The notes beneath the pieces are model-generated. The model made no database searches. It saw only the letters and a program-made list of their open reading frames with translations, and had not been told where the DNA came from. The position numbers and the translations under genes are program-made. Source: an uncultured Clostridia bacterium (GTDB lineage: Bacteria > Bacillota > Clostridia > Christensenellales > UBA1242). From it: a stretch of DNA of 64,000 bases. Numbering within the stretch: the stretch's first letter is position 1; each line of letters begins with the position of its first letter. The stretch covers positions 136,645-200,644 of the forward strand of contig CALVZQ010000001.1 in the NCBI GenBank assembly GCA_944372585.1. The letters run 5' to 3'. This document shows, one piece after another, positions 1-10,347 of this stretch.

Positions 1-1
1 A

Positions 2-1156
2 TATCTAAACAAATTGATTGAAAATCATGGAGCAAAAAAATATGAACTTATTGACAATTATAGAAGTGCAAGAAGTGTTGTTAATTTTTCAAATCAATTT
101 GTCAAAAAGATAAAAAATCGTATGAAAAAAGGTTCTGTCAGGACTATATCAAATGATGAAGGGTATGTCAAATTGGTGAAACACACAAACAGTGAATATT
201 CCACAGCTGTGGTTGATGAACTCATCAAGGACAAAAATTTTGTAAGCACTTGCATATTGACTGGAACAAATGAAGATGCAGTTGAAATCACTGGAATTTT
301 GACACAAAAGGGGATCAAAGCAAAACTGATTCAAACAAATGAGGGGTTTAATTTGTCAAATTTGGCAGAAATAAGATATTTCCTATTTTTGATAGATCTA
401 TATTCAAAAACTCCTATCATTGACAACAACGATTGGGACGTTGCCATTTCAAGACTTAAAACAAGATATGAAGACAGCAGTTGTTTGCAAGATTGTTTGA
501 ATATTTTGGCCAAATTTTGTGAGAACAACAGAACCAAATATAAGACAGATTTGGAAGAATTTATTTATGAAACAAACTACAATGATTATGTCAATTATGA
601 CAGAGAAACTATAATTGTTTCCACTATTCACAAAGCCAAGGGAAAAGAGTTTGACAATGTTTATATGATGCTTGAAAATTACAAGTTTTTTGATGATGAA
701 GATAGAAGACCAATATATGTTGGCATAACTCGTGCAAAAAAATCCTTGCATATTCATTATGATGGACAAGAGTTTGATGAATTTAAAGATACAGTTTCTG
801 AATATGTTGTTGACACAAAAAGATATGGAAAACCAAATGAAATTGTTGTTCAATTGTCATATAAAGATGTTTATTTGGATTATTTTAAGAACAAAAAACA
901 TATCATCAAAGATTTGGTAAGTGGAGAATCTTTGAATATAGCTGGTGATTACCTCACAGTATCGTTTGAATCCGAACAGAAGCCTATATTGAAATTTTCG
1001 CAATCTTTTCAAACTTCGATTAAATCTTTTTGGGATTTAGGTTATGAAATGAGTGAAGCAAGAATACGATTTATTGTTGCTTGGAGAGGAGAAAATGATC
1101 AAGAAGATACAATGGTTGTTTTGCCTGACATAAAATTTGAATGGAAATTATATTAA
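2..1156 (+). CDS. UvrD/Rep-family (SF1) DNA helicase, C-terminal part; the 5' end lies outside the window
   Basis: The frame is open from base 2, with no stop before the first Met at 14. Motifs NYRS, VSTIHKAKGKEFDNVYM and VGITRAKKSLHI match the UvrD-like helicase C-terminal domain. Confidence 0.8.
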   Translation, partial: YLNKLIENHGAKKYELIDNYRSARSVVNFSNQFVKKIKNRMKKGSVRTISNDEGYVKLVKHTNSEYSTAVVDELIKDKNFVSTCILTGTNEDAVEITGILTQKGIKAKLIQTNEGFNLSNLAEIRYFLFLIDLYSKTPIIDNNDWDVAISRLKTRYEDSSCLQDCLNILAKFCENNRTKYKTDLEEFIYETNYNDYVNYDRETIIVSTIHKAKGKEFDNVYMMLENYKFFDDEDRRPIYVGITRAKKSLHIHYDGQEFDEFKDTVSEYVVDTKRYGKPNEIVVQLSYKDVYLDYFKNKKHIIKDLVSGESLNIAGDYLTVSFESEQKPILKFSQSFQTSIKSFWDLGYEMSEARIRFIVAWRGENDQEDTMVVLPDIKFEWKLY

Positions 1157-1249
1157 AATCGTTTTTATCATCTTTAATTCTAGAGAAAAAAAATAAAAGT
1201 TTTTAAAATTAATTGAATTTTTGTTGATTTATTGAAAATTTGCGCTTAT

Positions 1250-1636
1250 TTAGAAAATTTTTAAAAGAAAATAACAGATTATGATGCCTAAAGTTGTTCC
1301 GAATAGTGCAGAAAAAAAACTGAGTATTATTGTGGATATGTTCAGTTTTTTTTCTTTCGACTTCTCTTTTTTGATATACTTAGGTTTGTCATTTTCCAGC
1401 ACTTCAAATCCAAATGGAAGAACTGCCAGGCAATACACATCATCGTCATCATATTTGATTGAAATAAAGTCTTGACGCTCAAGGTGTGTCAAGATGTGTT
1501 TGACTGCTTCGCTGTCCATTCTAAAGTGTCGTGGAAGAGACATAATTATGTCTGAAACTTCAACAATTTTATAGTTTCCATCGCTACACTCATTTGCGAG
1601 AATTTTCAGAACAAGTTTTGATTTTGTGTCTATCAT
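1250..1636 (-). CDS. small winged-helix-like protein with a Lys-rich linker and one C-terminal TM helix (tail-anchored); paralogue of 1728..2084
   Basis: The ORF 1250..1699 begins with TTG. The internal ATG at 1636 (MIDTKSKLVLKIL...) aligns with the N-terminus of the divergent paralogue and removes the overlap between the two genes. The C-terminus ISTIILSFFSALFGTTLGIIICYFLL is hydrophobic. Confidence 0.55.
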   Translation of the reverse strand: MIDTKSKLVLKILANECSDGNYKIVEVSDIIMSLPRHFRMDSEAVKHILTHLERQDFISIKYDDDDVYCLAVLPFGFEVLENDKPKYIKKEKSKEKKLNISTIILSFFSALFGTTLGIIICYFLLKIF

Positions 1637-1727
1637 AATCTTATTTTTTCTTTTTATAAAGTTCTTATACATCATTGATTTTCGCATAAATTGGGTCAAT
1701 TTTGGAAAAATTAAAGAAAAGGCCGTT

Positions 1728-2084
1728 ATGACAAAAAAAGAAAAAATGGTTATGTCATATTTGTGTTCGAAGTGTCAACAAAAGAGGACATATCTTATTT
1801 CTCCGCAAGAAATTTCGCAAGCGTTGTCAAAAAAGTATGTTCTTTCAGTGGAGGAAATTGATGAGATTATGGTGGAACTCTCAAATGAAAATTATATCGA
1901 TTTTGTGGTGTCGGATAGCAAAAAAGGGTATTTTTATTGCGTAAACCTGAAAAAAAGTGGACAGACTTTTAATACGGATACTAAGAAAAACAGAAGAACC
2001 TTTGGACTTTTAATCCTTCGCAGTATGTTTTTGGCAACGGTCAGCTTTGTTTTTGGTATGATTTTGAAAGCGATTTTCAAATGA
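1728..2084 (+). CDS. small winged-helix-like protein with one C-terminal TM helix; paralogue of 1250..1636
   Basis: ATG at 1728 (MTKKEKMVMSYL...). It has the same layout as the divergent neighbour: an N-terminal ~80 aa globular part, a basic linker (KKNRR), then FGLLILRSMFLATVSFVFGMIL. The stop is TGA at 2082-2084. Confidence 0.6.
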   Translation: MTKKEKMVMSYLCSKCQQKRTYLISPQEISQALSKKYVLSVEEIDEIMVELSNENYIDFVVSDSKKGYFYCVNLKKSGQTFNTDTKKNRRTFGLLILRSMFLATVSFVFGMILKAIFK

Positions 2085-2175
2085 TTCATTTGATTTTGAT
2101 TTTTGAGCCGCAAAAAATATCTTTTTTATCTCTCAAATTGTATAGTTTTTTGCCAAAATGTGTTAAAATACAGTC

Positions 2176-4146
2176 ATGGAAGAAAAATTTGAGTTAAAAT
2201 CAAAATATGAGCCGGCGGGAGACCAACCTGAAGCGATTGAAAAACTTGTTGAAGGCATTGAAGATGGTTTGAAAGACCAAGTTTTGCTCGGTGTGACTGG
2301 TTCTGGGAAAACATTTACTATGGCAAACATCATTCAAAAAGTGCAAAAGCCTACTCTTGTTATTGCACACAACAAGACTTTGGCCGCTCAACTTTGCAAT
2401 GAATTTCGTGAATTTTTTCCAAACAATCGTGTGGAATATTTTGTTTCATATTATGATTATTATCAACCAGAAGCCTACATTGTTTCAACTGACACATACA
2501 TCGAAAAAGATATGAGTGTCAATGAAGACATTGATAAACTTCGCTCGTCTGCAACATCTTCACTCCTTGAGCGTCGAGACACCATTGTTGTGGCATCTGT
2601 TTCTTGCATCTATGGCTTGGGAAGCCCTGAAGAATATCACAATTTGCATATCTCACTAAGAGAGGGAGAAGAGTATGACAGAGATGATTTGATCAATCAT
2701 TTGATTGAAATTCAATACACGAGAAATGACATTGATTTCAAGAGAACGACTTTCAGAGTGAAGGGAGACGTCGTTGACATCTTTCCCGCAAACCAAAGTG
2801 AAATGGCAATTCGTGTCAGATTTTTTGGTGACGAAATTGAAAAGATTTTTGAGTTTGATCCGGTCAGCGGAAATCTGCTTAATGAAGTGAGTTATGCGGC
2901 AATTTATCCTGCAACACATTATGCGGTTGGAAGCAACACATTGAAAAATGCCATTGCTGAGATTGAACAGGACAGAGAGAAGGCAATCAAAAAATTCGAG
3001 GCGGAAAACAAACCACTGGAAGCGGAGAGAATTGGTCAGCGTGTGGCATATGACCTCGAAATGATGAAAGAGGTTGGCTACTGCAGTGGCATTGAAAACT
3101 ATTCGAGATATTTTGACGGCAGAAGGCCGGGAGAACCACCTTTCACGCTTATTGACTATTTCCCAAAAGATTTCTTGACCATTATTGATGAAAGCCATAT
3201 GACACTGCCTCAAATACGCGCAATGTACAATGGTGACAGGGCAAGGAAAAATTCTTTGGTTGAATATGGATTTCGTTTGGAAGCGGCAAGAGACAACAGA
3301 CCTTTGAAATTTGATGAGTTTGAAAAAAGGCTTAAGCAAACGATTTATGTTTCTGCGACACCTGGACCTTACGAACTTGAAAAGGCAGAACAAGTTGTTG
3401 AGCAAGTTATCAGACCGACCGGACTTCTTGACCCTAAAATTGAACTTAGACCAATCAAAAACCAAGTTGAAGTTTTGATGGAAGAATGCAGAAAAACAAT
3501 CGAAAGAGGTGCGAGAATTCTTGTCACAACTCTGACCAAGAAAATGGCGGAGAGCTTGACAACCTATTTGGCGGACAGAGAGTTTAAGGTGAAATATCTG
3601 CACTCAGAAATCGATACAATGGAAAGAGTGGAAATCATCAACGGTCTCAGACAGGGCGAATTTGACATTTTGGTTGGGATCAACCTTTTGAGAGAGGGGC
3701 TTGATATGCCTGAAGTTGAACTTGTTTGCATTTTAGATGCGGACAAAGAGGGTTTTTTGCGTAGTGAGGGAGCGTTGATTCAAACAATTGGCAGGGCGGC
3801 AAGGAACGCAAACGGAAGAGTTATCATGTTTGCCGACACTGTCACTAAATCAATGAAACATGCGATTGATGAAACAGAAAGACGTCGAAGTTTGCAAGAA
3901 GCTTACAATCAAAAGCATGGAATTGTGCCAAAAACAATTATCAAGGAAGTTAAAAATACCCTGGATATAAGCAAAAAAGTCAGCGAAAATTCAATTGCGA
4001 GAAAAGATATTCCAAAAGAGATTGATCGCTTGACATCTATGATGAAGATTGCATCTTCCCAACTTGATTTTGAAAGAGCAATCGAACTGAGGAACAAAAT
4101 CAACAATCTTAAAAAACGATTGAATCGAAAGGACAAAATTGAATAG
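2176..4146 (+). CDS. uvrB: excinuclease ABC subunit B
   Basis: 656 aa. Walker [13 protein letters not shown] box ([11 protein letters not shown]) and a C-terminal UVR motif ([13 protein letters not shown]). Confidence 0.98.
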   Translation: MEEKFELKSKYEPAGDQPEAIEKLVEGIEDGLKDQVLLGVTGSGKTFTMANIIQKVQKPTLVIAHNKTLAAQLCNEFREFFPNNRVEYFVSYYDYYQPEAYIVSTDTYIEKDMSVNEDIDKLRSSATSSLLERRDTIVVASVSCIYGLGSPEEYHNLHISLREGEEYDRDDLINHLIEIQYTRNDIDFKRTTFRVKGDVVDIFPANQSEMAIRVRFFGDEIEKIFEFDPVSGNLLNEVSYAAIYPATHYAVGSNTLKNAIAEIEQDREKAIKKFEAENKPLEAERIGQRVAYDLEMMKEVGYCSGIENYSRYFDGRRPGEPPFTLIDYFPKDFLTIIDESHMTLPQIRAMYNGDRARKNSLVEYGFRLEAARDNRPLKFDEFEKRLKQTIYVSATPGPYELEKAEQVVEQVIRPTGLLDPKIELRPIKNQVEVLMEECRKTIERGARILVTTLTKKMAESLTTYLADREFKVKYLHSEIDTMERVEIINGLRQGEFDILVGINLLREGLDMPEVELVCILDADKEGFLRSEGALIQTIGRAARNANGRVIMFADTVTKSMKHAIDETERRRSLQEAYNQKHGIVPKTIIKEVKNTLDISKKVSENSIARKDIPKEIDRLTSMMKIASSQLDFERAIELRNKINNLKKRLNRKDKIE

Positions 4147-4201
4147 TGTGTATTGACATTTTGTTTTTGCTTTGATAAAATGCTAACAGAAGGAGTTTGA
4201 A

Positions 4202-4687
4202 GTGGAATTGACTTTTGTTGATGCAGATATACTTAGACTTGCCAGAAAAATCAAGCCTGTGATCAAGGGTAAAGGAGTCTTTGGTCTGTCAAGATTGTTT
4301 TATGTTGCACCATTTGACATAAAGCAACCAGACTACACACATAATGCAACGAAAATTTGTCAAGCGCCAAGGGAATTAATCAAAATCTCAACAGTTGACA
4401 TGTATTTTCGTGCTGTTGGGTATAAAGATCCCTATAAACCAACAATTGAAGATGCTTTGTGTCAAATTCCATTGAGTTTAAGAGGCAAAACGGTGGCTTT
4501 TGAGGTTGAACCTGATTATACATTGGAAGATTATTTGAAAAATGCGGATTATTTGAAAGGAAAAGCGACTCTTTATGGCATTAAAAACAGAGAAAAAATT
4601 CCTGAACAAATCGAAAATCAAGATGTTGTGATGGGAAAGGAAAGATTTTCAGCAAATGAAATTGATGACATGACGTTCGACTTTTAA
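4202..4687 (+). CDS. hypothetical protein (161 aa) between uvrB and uvrA
   Basis: GTG start preceded by AAGGAG with a 6-nt spacer, and a rho-independent terminator follows. I recognise no motif. Confidence 0.55.
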   Translation: MELTFVDADILRLARKIKPVIKGKGVFGLSRLFYVAPFDIKQPDYTHNATKICQAPRELIKISTVDMYFRAVGYKDPYKPTIEDALCQIPLSLRGKTVAFEVEPDYTLEDYLKNADYLKGKATLYGIKNREKIPEQIENQDVVMGKERFSANEIDDMTFDF

Positions 4688-4717
4688 CATAAAAATCAAA
4701 AAGGTGATTAACTTTTG

Positions 4718-4748
4718 AACAACACAGATTTTGTGTTGTTTTCTTTTT
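4718..4748 (+). terminator. rho-independent terminator
   Basis: Stem AACAACACA (4718-4726) / TGTGTTGTT (4732-4740) followed by TTCTTTTT. Confidence 0.7.
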
Positions 4749-4822
4749 GTTGTTCAATTTATACTTGTTAAGTGTGTGATTTTGTGGTATAATTATATGA
4801 AATTATTTTGAATGGAGTAAAA

Positions 4823-7642
4823 ATGAAAAATTCTATCATAATTAAAGGTGCAAAAGAAAACAATCTTAAAAATGTCAATCTTGAACTTCCAAGAGACAAA
4901 TTCATTGTCTTTACTGGTGTCAGTGGCTCTGGCAAGTCGTCCTTGGCCTTTGGAACTATTTTTGCTGAAGGACAAAGACGATATATTGAGAGTTTGTCTT
5001 CTTATGCTCGTCAATTTTTGGGAGCAGCTCAAAAGCCAGACGTGGAGGTTATTGAAGGGCTTTCTCCTGCAATTTCGATTGACCAAAAAACAACAAACAG
5101 AAACCCTCGTTCGACAGTTGGAACTGTGACAGAGATTTATGATTATTTGCGTTTGCTGTTTGCTCGTGTCGGAACTCCATATTGTCCACACTGCAACAGA
5201 GAAGTCAAACAGCAAACAGTTGACCAAATTGTTGACAGCATCAAAGAACTTGGAGAAGGCGCAAAAATCACTGTGCTTGCTCCAGTTATCCGCGGTCAAA
5301 AAGGTAGGCATGAAAAACTTTTGGAATCTCTCAAAAGAAGTGGTTATGTTCGTGTTGAAGTGGACGGAAATGTTTTCACATTAGATGAGACTATCTCTCT
5401 CGACAAAAATATCAAACACAATATCAATGTTGTCATTGACAGAATAACCTTGAAAGAAGGAAAGGACACAAGGCTTGCAGGCAGTTTGGAAACGGCGTTG
5501 AAGTTGGCCGACGGGTTGGTTGTTGTCGCGACTGACGACAAAAGAGAATTATATTCCACCAACTATGCCTGCCCAGAATGTGGTTGGACTTTGGAAGAAA
5601 TCACGCCAAGATTGTTCTCATTCAATGCTCCATATGGAGCCTGCCCAAATTGTACAGGACTTGGTTACACACTTGACATTGATGAAGGGATTGTGCTTAA
5701 AAATTCGAATTTGTCCATCAATCAAGGAGCATTTAATTTGACTGGTTGGAGAATGGAAGAAGGTTCCATGGCAAAGGCATATTTTGTTGCGTTGTCGAAG
5801 GCATTTGATATAGATTTGGACAAACCTGTCAATGAACTTTCGAAGGATAAAATAAAAATTTTGCTTTACGGCTCAGGCAGTGAAAAGATTGATGTTGAAG
5901 TTGACAATGAACACGGGAAGAGAATGATTTCCGTGGTTTTTGAAGGGATTGTCAACAATCTCAGAAGAAGATATAAAGAAACAACAAGTGAATATGTCAA
6001 ATTTGAAATTGGAAGATTTATGAGAGAGCAAACTTGCAGTGTTTGTCGTGGCAAACGTTTGAATGAATCTGCTCTTTCTGTGAAAATAAACAGAAAGGAC
6101 ATTGACGACTATTGCAGTCAAAGTGTCAGAAATTTGATTCCAATTTTTGAAAATTTGAATTTAAATAAGGTCAAAACACAAATTGCTGAACCTATTTTGA
6201 AAGAAATTTTGGCTAGACTCAACTTTTTGCAAGACGTTGGACTTTCTTATTTGACATTAAATCGTTCTGCAGAAAGTTTGTCAGGTGGCGAAGCACAAAG
6301 AATCAGATTGGCAACTCAAATTGGAAGCGGACTTGTTGGTGTTTTGTATATCTTGGATGAACCTTCAATTGGACTTCATCAAAGAGATAATGAAAAACTT
6401 CTCAACACACTTAAAAAATTGAAGGACCTCGGAAACACTTTGATTGTGGTTGAGCATGATGAGGACACCATCAGGGCGGCAGATTATTTGGTCGATGTTG
6501 GGCCTTATGCAGGTGTGCATGGTGGAGAAATTGTTGCTTGCGGAACTGTGGAACAAGTGTTGAAAAACAAAAATTCCATCACTGCAAAATTTTTGAGAGG
6601 TAATGAAAAAATTGAGATTCCAGCGACAAGAAGAAAACCAAAGGACTTTTTGACAATCGTTGGGGCAAGAGAAAACAACCTAAAAAACATTGATGTGAAA
6701 ATACCAACTGGAATACTGACCGTTGTCACAGGTGTTTCTGGAAGTGGAAAGTCAAGTTTGATTAATGGAATTTTGTTCCCTTATCTTTCAAATCTTTTGA
6801 ACAACAGCAAACTTGAACTTGGGAAATTTAAAGAAATCAAGAATGTCGAAGTTTTGGACAAGGTTATCAACATTGACCAAGCACCAATTGGAAGAACTCC
6901 AAGAAGCAATCCTGCAACTTACACCGGTGTGTTTACTGCAATCAGAGATTTGTTTGCGGCAACACCAGATGCAAAAGCTCGTGGGTTTAATTCTGGAAGA
7001 TTCAGTTTCAACATCAAAGGCGGAAGATGTGAGGCTTGTGAAGGCGCTGGTGTGAAAGAAATTGAGATGTATTTCTTGCCTGACATCACTGTTCCTTGTG
7101 AAGTTTGCCACGGAAAGAGATATAATCGTGAAACCCTTGAAGTGAAATACAAGGGCAAAACAATCAGCGATGTGCTTGACATGACAGTTGAAGAGGCTTT
7201 GAAGTTTTTTGAAAACATTCCTTCAATCAAAAACAAAATTCAAGCACTTTATGATGTTGGTCTTTCTTACATCAAACTTGGTCAACCTGCGACCACTTTG
7301 TCAGGTGGCGAGGCACAAAGAGTTAAGCTTGCAACAGAACTTTCAAGAAAGGACACTGGAAAGACGATGTATATTTTGGACGAGCCAACAACTGGACTTC
7401 ATATGTATGATGTGAAGAAGTTGATTGCCATTCTTGAACGTTTGATTGGAAACGGAAATTCTGTTGTTGTCATTGAGCACAATCTTGATGTCATTAAGTG
7501 TGCTGACTACATCATTGACATTGGACCGGAAGGTGGAGATGAGGGCGGAACGATTGTTGCGACTGGAACTCCTGAAGAAATTGCTGAGTGCGAGAGAAGC
7601 TGGACTGGAAAATTCTTAAAGAAAATTTTGGAAAATAAATAA
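4823..7642 (+). CDS. uvrA: excinuclease ABC subunit A
   Basis: Two ABC ATPase modules (GVSGSGKSS twice, LSGGEAQR twice) and zinc-finger Cys clusters (CPECGW...CPNC; CEAC...CEVCHG). The ATG at 4823 has GGAG 5 nt upstream. The TTG at 4808 in the ORF track has no SD. Confidence 0.97.
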   Translation: MKNSIIIKGAKENNLKNVNLELPRDKFIVFTGVSGSGKSSLAFGTIFAEGQRRYIESLSSYARQFLGAAQKPDVEVIEGLSPAISIDQKTTNRNPRSTVGTVTEIYDYLRLLFARVGTPYCPHCNREVKQQTVDQIVDSIKELGEGAKITVLAPVIRGQKGRHEKLLESLKRSGYVRVEVDGNVFTLDETISLDKNIKHNINVVIDRITLKEGKDTRLAGSLETALKLADGLVVVATDDKRELYSTNYACPECGWTLEEITPRLFSFNAPYGACPNCTGLGYTLDIDEGIVLKNSNLSINQGAFNLTGWRMEEGSMAKAYFVALSKAFDIDLDKPVNELSKDKIKILLYGSGSEKIDVEVDNEHGKRMISVVFEGIVNNLRRRYKETTSEYVKFEIGRFMREQTCSVCRGKRLNESALSVKINRKDIDDYCSQSVRNLIPIFENLNLNKVKTQIAEPILKEILARLNFLQDVGLSYLTLNRSAESLSGGEAQRIRLATQIGSGLVGVLYILDEPSIGLHQRDNEKLLNTLKKLKDLGNTLIVVEHDEDTIRAADYLVDVGPYAGVHGGEIVACGTVEQVLKNKNSITAKFLRGNEKIEIPATRRKPKDFLTIVGARENNLKNIDVKIPTGILTVVTGVSGSGKSSLINGILFPYLSNLLNNSKLELGKFKEIKNVEVLDKVINIDQAPIGRTPRSNPATYTGVFTAIRDLFAATPDAKARGFNSGRFSFNIKGGRCEACEGAGVKEIEMYFLPDITVPCEVCHGKRYNRETLEVKYKGKTISDVLDMTVEEALKFFENIPSIKNKIQALYDVGLSYIKLGQPATTLSGGEAQRVKLATELSRKDTGKTMYILDEPTTGLHMYDVKKLIAILERLIGNGNSVVVIEHNLDVIKCADYIIDIGPEGGDEGGTIVATGTPEEIAECERSWTGKFLKKILENK

Positions 7643-7764
7643 GTGTTTGAAAAATGATTTCTCAAAAGAACCAATCATGCAATGATTTTGCATGATTTTT
7701 CTTTATTTTCTCTGTCATAAGAAAATTGACAAATGACAAAGAAATGTTGTAAAATATATGCACA

Positions 7765-8550
7765 ATGAGAGTGATTAATTTGTCATCAGGAAGTGACGGA
7801 AATTTGACATATGTTGAAACTGACAACGCCCGAATTTTGGTCGATGACGGTCTTTCATGCAAAGAAACACAAAACCGCCTTTCAATGATTGGAATTGACG
7901 GGAATCAGATTGATGGAATTGTTATCACTCACGAACACGTTGACCACATCAAAGGGGTTGATGTTTTCAGCAGAAAGTTCAACATTCCTGTTTATGCTCA
8001 TGACGAAGTCTGGGCGGGGCTCTATGATAAACTGCAAAAAGTTCCTGACAAAAATAAAAAGATTTTCACTGACACTTTTGCTGTCAAAGATTTGGTTGTC
8101 TCTCCGATTGAGGTTCCTCATGATGTCAAGTGTTTTGGGTTTTCAATTTCAGATGATAACAAAAAAATCAGTATTCTGACTGACCTTGGACACACAGATG
8201 AAAGAATATTGAAAGGTGTTCAGGGAAGTCAACTTATCTATTTGGAAGCAAATCACGACATCAATATGCTCAAAAATTGCGAAAAGTATCCATTAAGTTT
8301 GAAAATGCGTATTGCTGGAAAGAACGGTCACTTGTCAAATGATGCGTCGGCCGATTTTATTGAAAAACTTGTCACGACTGGGACAAGACAAATTGTTCTG
8401 TCTCATTTGAGCAAGGAAAACAACACGCCAGAGTTGGCATTCAATTACATATCTTCCAAATTGGCAGACAAGGGACTGATTGAAGGAGAAACTTTCAAAA
8501 TTGATGTGGCTTTGACAAGACCGACAACTTTGTTTAAATTGAAAAAATGA
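7765..8550 (+). CDS. MBL-fold metallo-hydrolase (YycJ/WalJ-like)
   Basis: HxHxDH motif (ITHEHVDHIKG), a later HD...H pattern, 261 aa. Confidence 0.85.
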   Translation: MRVINLSSGSDGNLTYVETDNARILVDDGLSCKETQNRLSMIGIDGNQIDGIVITHEHVDHIKGVDVFSRKFNIPVYAHDEVWAGLYDKLQKVPDKNKKIFTDTFAVKDLVVSPIEVPHDVKCFGFSISDDNKKISILTDLGHTDERILKGVQGSQLIYLEANHDINMLKNCEKYPLSLKMRIAGKNGHLSNDASADFIEKLVTTGTRQIVLSHLSKENNTPELAFNYISSKLADKGLIEGETFKIDVALTRPTTLFKLKK

Positions 8551-8564
8551 GAATGCAAATGAAA

Positions 8565-8597
8565 AAGGCATGAGATGTGTTCATGCCTTATTTTATT
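8565..8597. terminator. bidirectional hairpin between convergent genes
   Basis: Stem AAGGCATGA (8565-8573) / TCATGCCTT (8581-8589), with an A-run upstream and a T-rich tract downstream. Confidence 0.65.
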
Positions 8598-9328
8598 GAC
8601 GACGTATCCAAAAAATCTATCATGATCTCTTCATCAAAATTTTCTATGAAACCATCGTTGCGTTCGCTGTAAATTCCGTCTTCCCCAACAATGAAACTGT
8701 CCAAAAGTTTGCAATCAACACTTTCCAAAAGTTGTTCTATGAATTTGACCGCCGCATGATCGTCCTTGGAGGGTTTTGCAGTCCCATGCGGGTGATTGTG
8801 TGCAACTGCAAGATAGGTCGCTTTTGTTGAAGATATGTAGTTATATAAATCCATTGGTTGAATTCCAACTTGTCTAACTTTGTTTAGGTCATAACTGCGT
8901 TTTTGAAGAAGTTTGAAACTGTGATCTATGGCAAAGATATAAAGGTTTTCTGTTTCTTCAAATCTCAAAAGACCACTTAGGAATCTGTAAAACTCACGAT
9001 TGTTTTTCAAACTTATTCTCTTTTTCATTCTAACAAAAGGATAATATGTGAAGAAACCACGTATCATCTTGATTCTTTTTGCACTACGGTCGTTGATGCC
9101 GTTAATTTTCATCAGTTCGTTATAGTCTGCATCAACAATATTTGCAAAGTTTCCAAAATGATTTAAAAGAGTGTGGGCAAGCGGGTTGACATCACCGCGA
9201 GGAAAAACATATGTCAAAAAGTATTCAACTGCTTGAACCTCGCTGACATTTTCCAGCCCAACATTGTAAACAAGATTTAACAATCTTTCACGATGTCCTT
9301 CGTGTGATATTTTTTCTTTCTTTTTCAT
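8588..9328 (-). CDS. radC: RadC-family JAB/MPN-domain protein
   Basis: HNHPHGTAKPSKDD (JAMM-like motif typical of RadC/UPF0758), N-terminal HhH-like region, 246 aa. Confidence 0.85.
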   Translation of the reverse strand: MKKKEKISHEGHRERLLNLVYNVGLENVSEVQAVEYFLTYVFPRGDVNPLAHTLLNHFGNFANIVDADYNELMKINGINDRSAKRIKMIRGFFTYYPFVRMKKRISLKNNREFYRFLSGLLRFEETENLYIFAIDHSFKLLQKRSYDLNKVRQVGIQPMDLYNYISSTKATYLAVAHNHPHGTAKPSKDDHAAVKFIEQLLESVDCKLLDSFIVGEDGIYSERNDGFIENFDEEIMIDFLDTSSIK

Positions 9329-9334
9329 TTTAAA

Positions 9335-10258
9335 TTATATTCTGCCGCTGTTTTTGAAAACTTTTTTGTTCTTTTCTGCGACCATGTTTGCGATTTCTTC
9401 AATTGCCAAAGTGTTTGGTTTTCTGATATCAAAATTTTTTGGATTTTCTTTCAGGTGTTTTCTTAAGGTTGCCATGTAAGCTAGGCGAATGTCAGTGTCG
9501 CAGTTGATTTTGTAGATGTGATGTTTTGAGGCAGCCGTTGCCAAGAATTTTTCTGGAATTCCAACTGCGCCAGTCATGTCTCCACCATATTCATTTATTG
9601 TTTCGACATATTTTTGTGGCACGCTTGATGCTCCGTGCAAAACAAGTGGGGTGCTTGGAATCTCTTTTTCAATTTGTTTCAAGATGTCAAAACGCAACTT
9701 TTGTTCGCCTTTGAATTTGTAAGCACCATGGCTTGTGCCGATGGCAACAGCCAAAGTGTCGCAACCTGTTTTTTCAACAAATTCCTCTGCACTTTTTGGG
9801 TCGGTGTAGATGTTCTTTTCTGCACTCACTGTGTCTTCAACTCCTGCCAAGACTCCAAGTTCTGCTTCTACAAACACACCTTTTTTATGAGCGTAACTGA
9901 CCACTTTTTTTGTTAATTTGATGTTATCTTCAAAGGACAAAGAGCTTCCGTCAATCATTACACTGTCAAAACCCAAATCAACAGCTTTTTTGCAGACTTC
10001 ATAACTTTTTCCGTGGTCAAGATGTAAGAAGATTGGAAGTTTGTATGTCTTTTTTGCACTGTCAAACAAGGATTTTACAAAGTTTTCTCCCATATATGAC
10101 AATGCTCCTTCACTAACTGACACTAATGCTGGAGATTGGCTTTTTTTGCAACCTTCACATATTGCCTTCAATGTTTCCATATTTATGAAATTGTAAGCTC
10201 CAAGGCAGTAGCCATTTTTTTTGCAATCTTTGAAATAATATTTCAATGTTTTCATCAT
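9335..10258 (-). CDS. fba: class II fructose-1,6-bisphosphate aldolase
   Basis: IFLHLDHGKS, GTSHGAYKF and LVLHGASSVP motifs. AAGAGG SD upstream. Confidence 0.93.
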   Translation of the reverse strand: MMKTLKYYFKDCKKNGYCLGAYNFINMETLKAICEGCKKSQSPALVSVSEGALSYMGENFVKSLFDSAKKTYKLPIFLHLDHGKSYEVCKKAVDLGFDSVMIDGSSLSFEDNIKLTKKVVSYAHKKGVFVEAELGVLAGVEDTVSAEKNIYTDPKSAEEFVEKTGCDTLAVAIGTSHGAYKFKGEQKLRFDILKQIEKEIPSTPLVLHGASSVPQKYVETINEYGGDMTGAVGIPEKFLATAASKHHIYKINCDTDIRLAYMATLRKHLKENPKNFDIRKPNTLAIEEIANMVAEKNKKVFKNSGRI

Positions 10259-10347
10259 TAATACCTCTTTTTCTACATTATTTTAACACATTTTGCAATT
10301 TTAACAAACATATTAATGAAATATGATAAATATTTTGTGAGGTGACT

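Noticed and set aside
2656-3603. 315-aa ORF antisense to uvrB. Similar long antisense ORFs occur at 15592-16374 (in virB4), 28727-29365 (in rpoB), 39959-40462 (in recJ), 43911-44531 (in hemZ), 48500-49015 (in pnp) and 57009-57812 (in glyA).
   Set aside because: Each lies entirely inside a strongly supported conserved gene on the other strand. Their translations are low-complexity and rich in Cys, Phe and Asn, as expected for stop-poor antisense frames of AT-rich coding DNA. None has an SD or a promoter.
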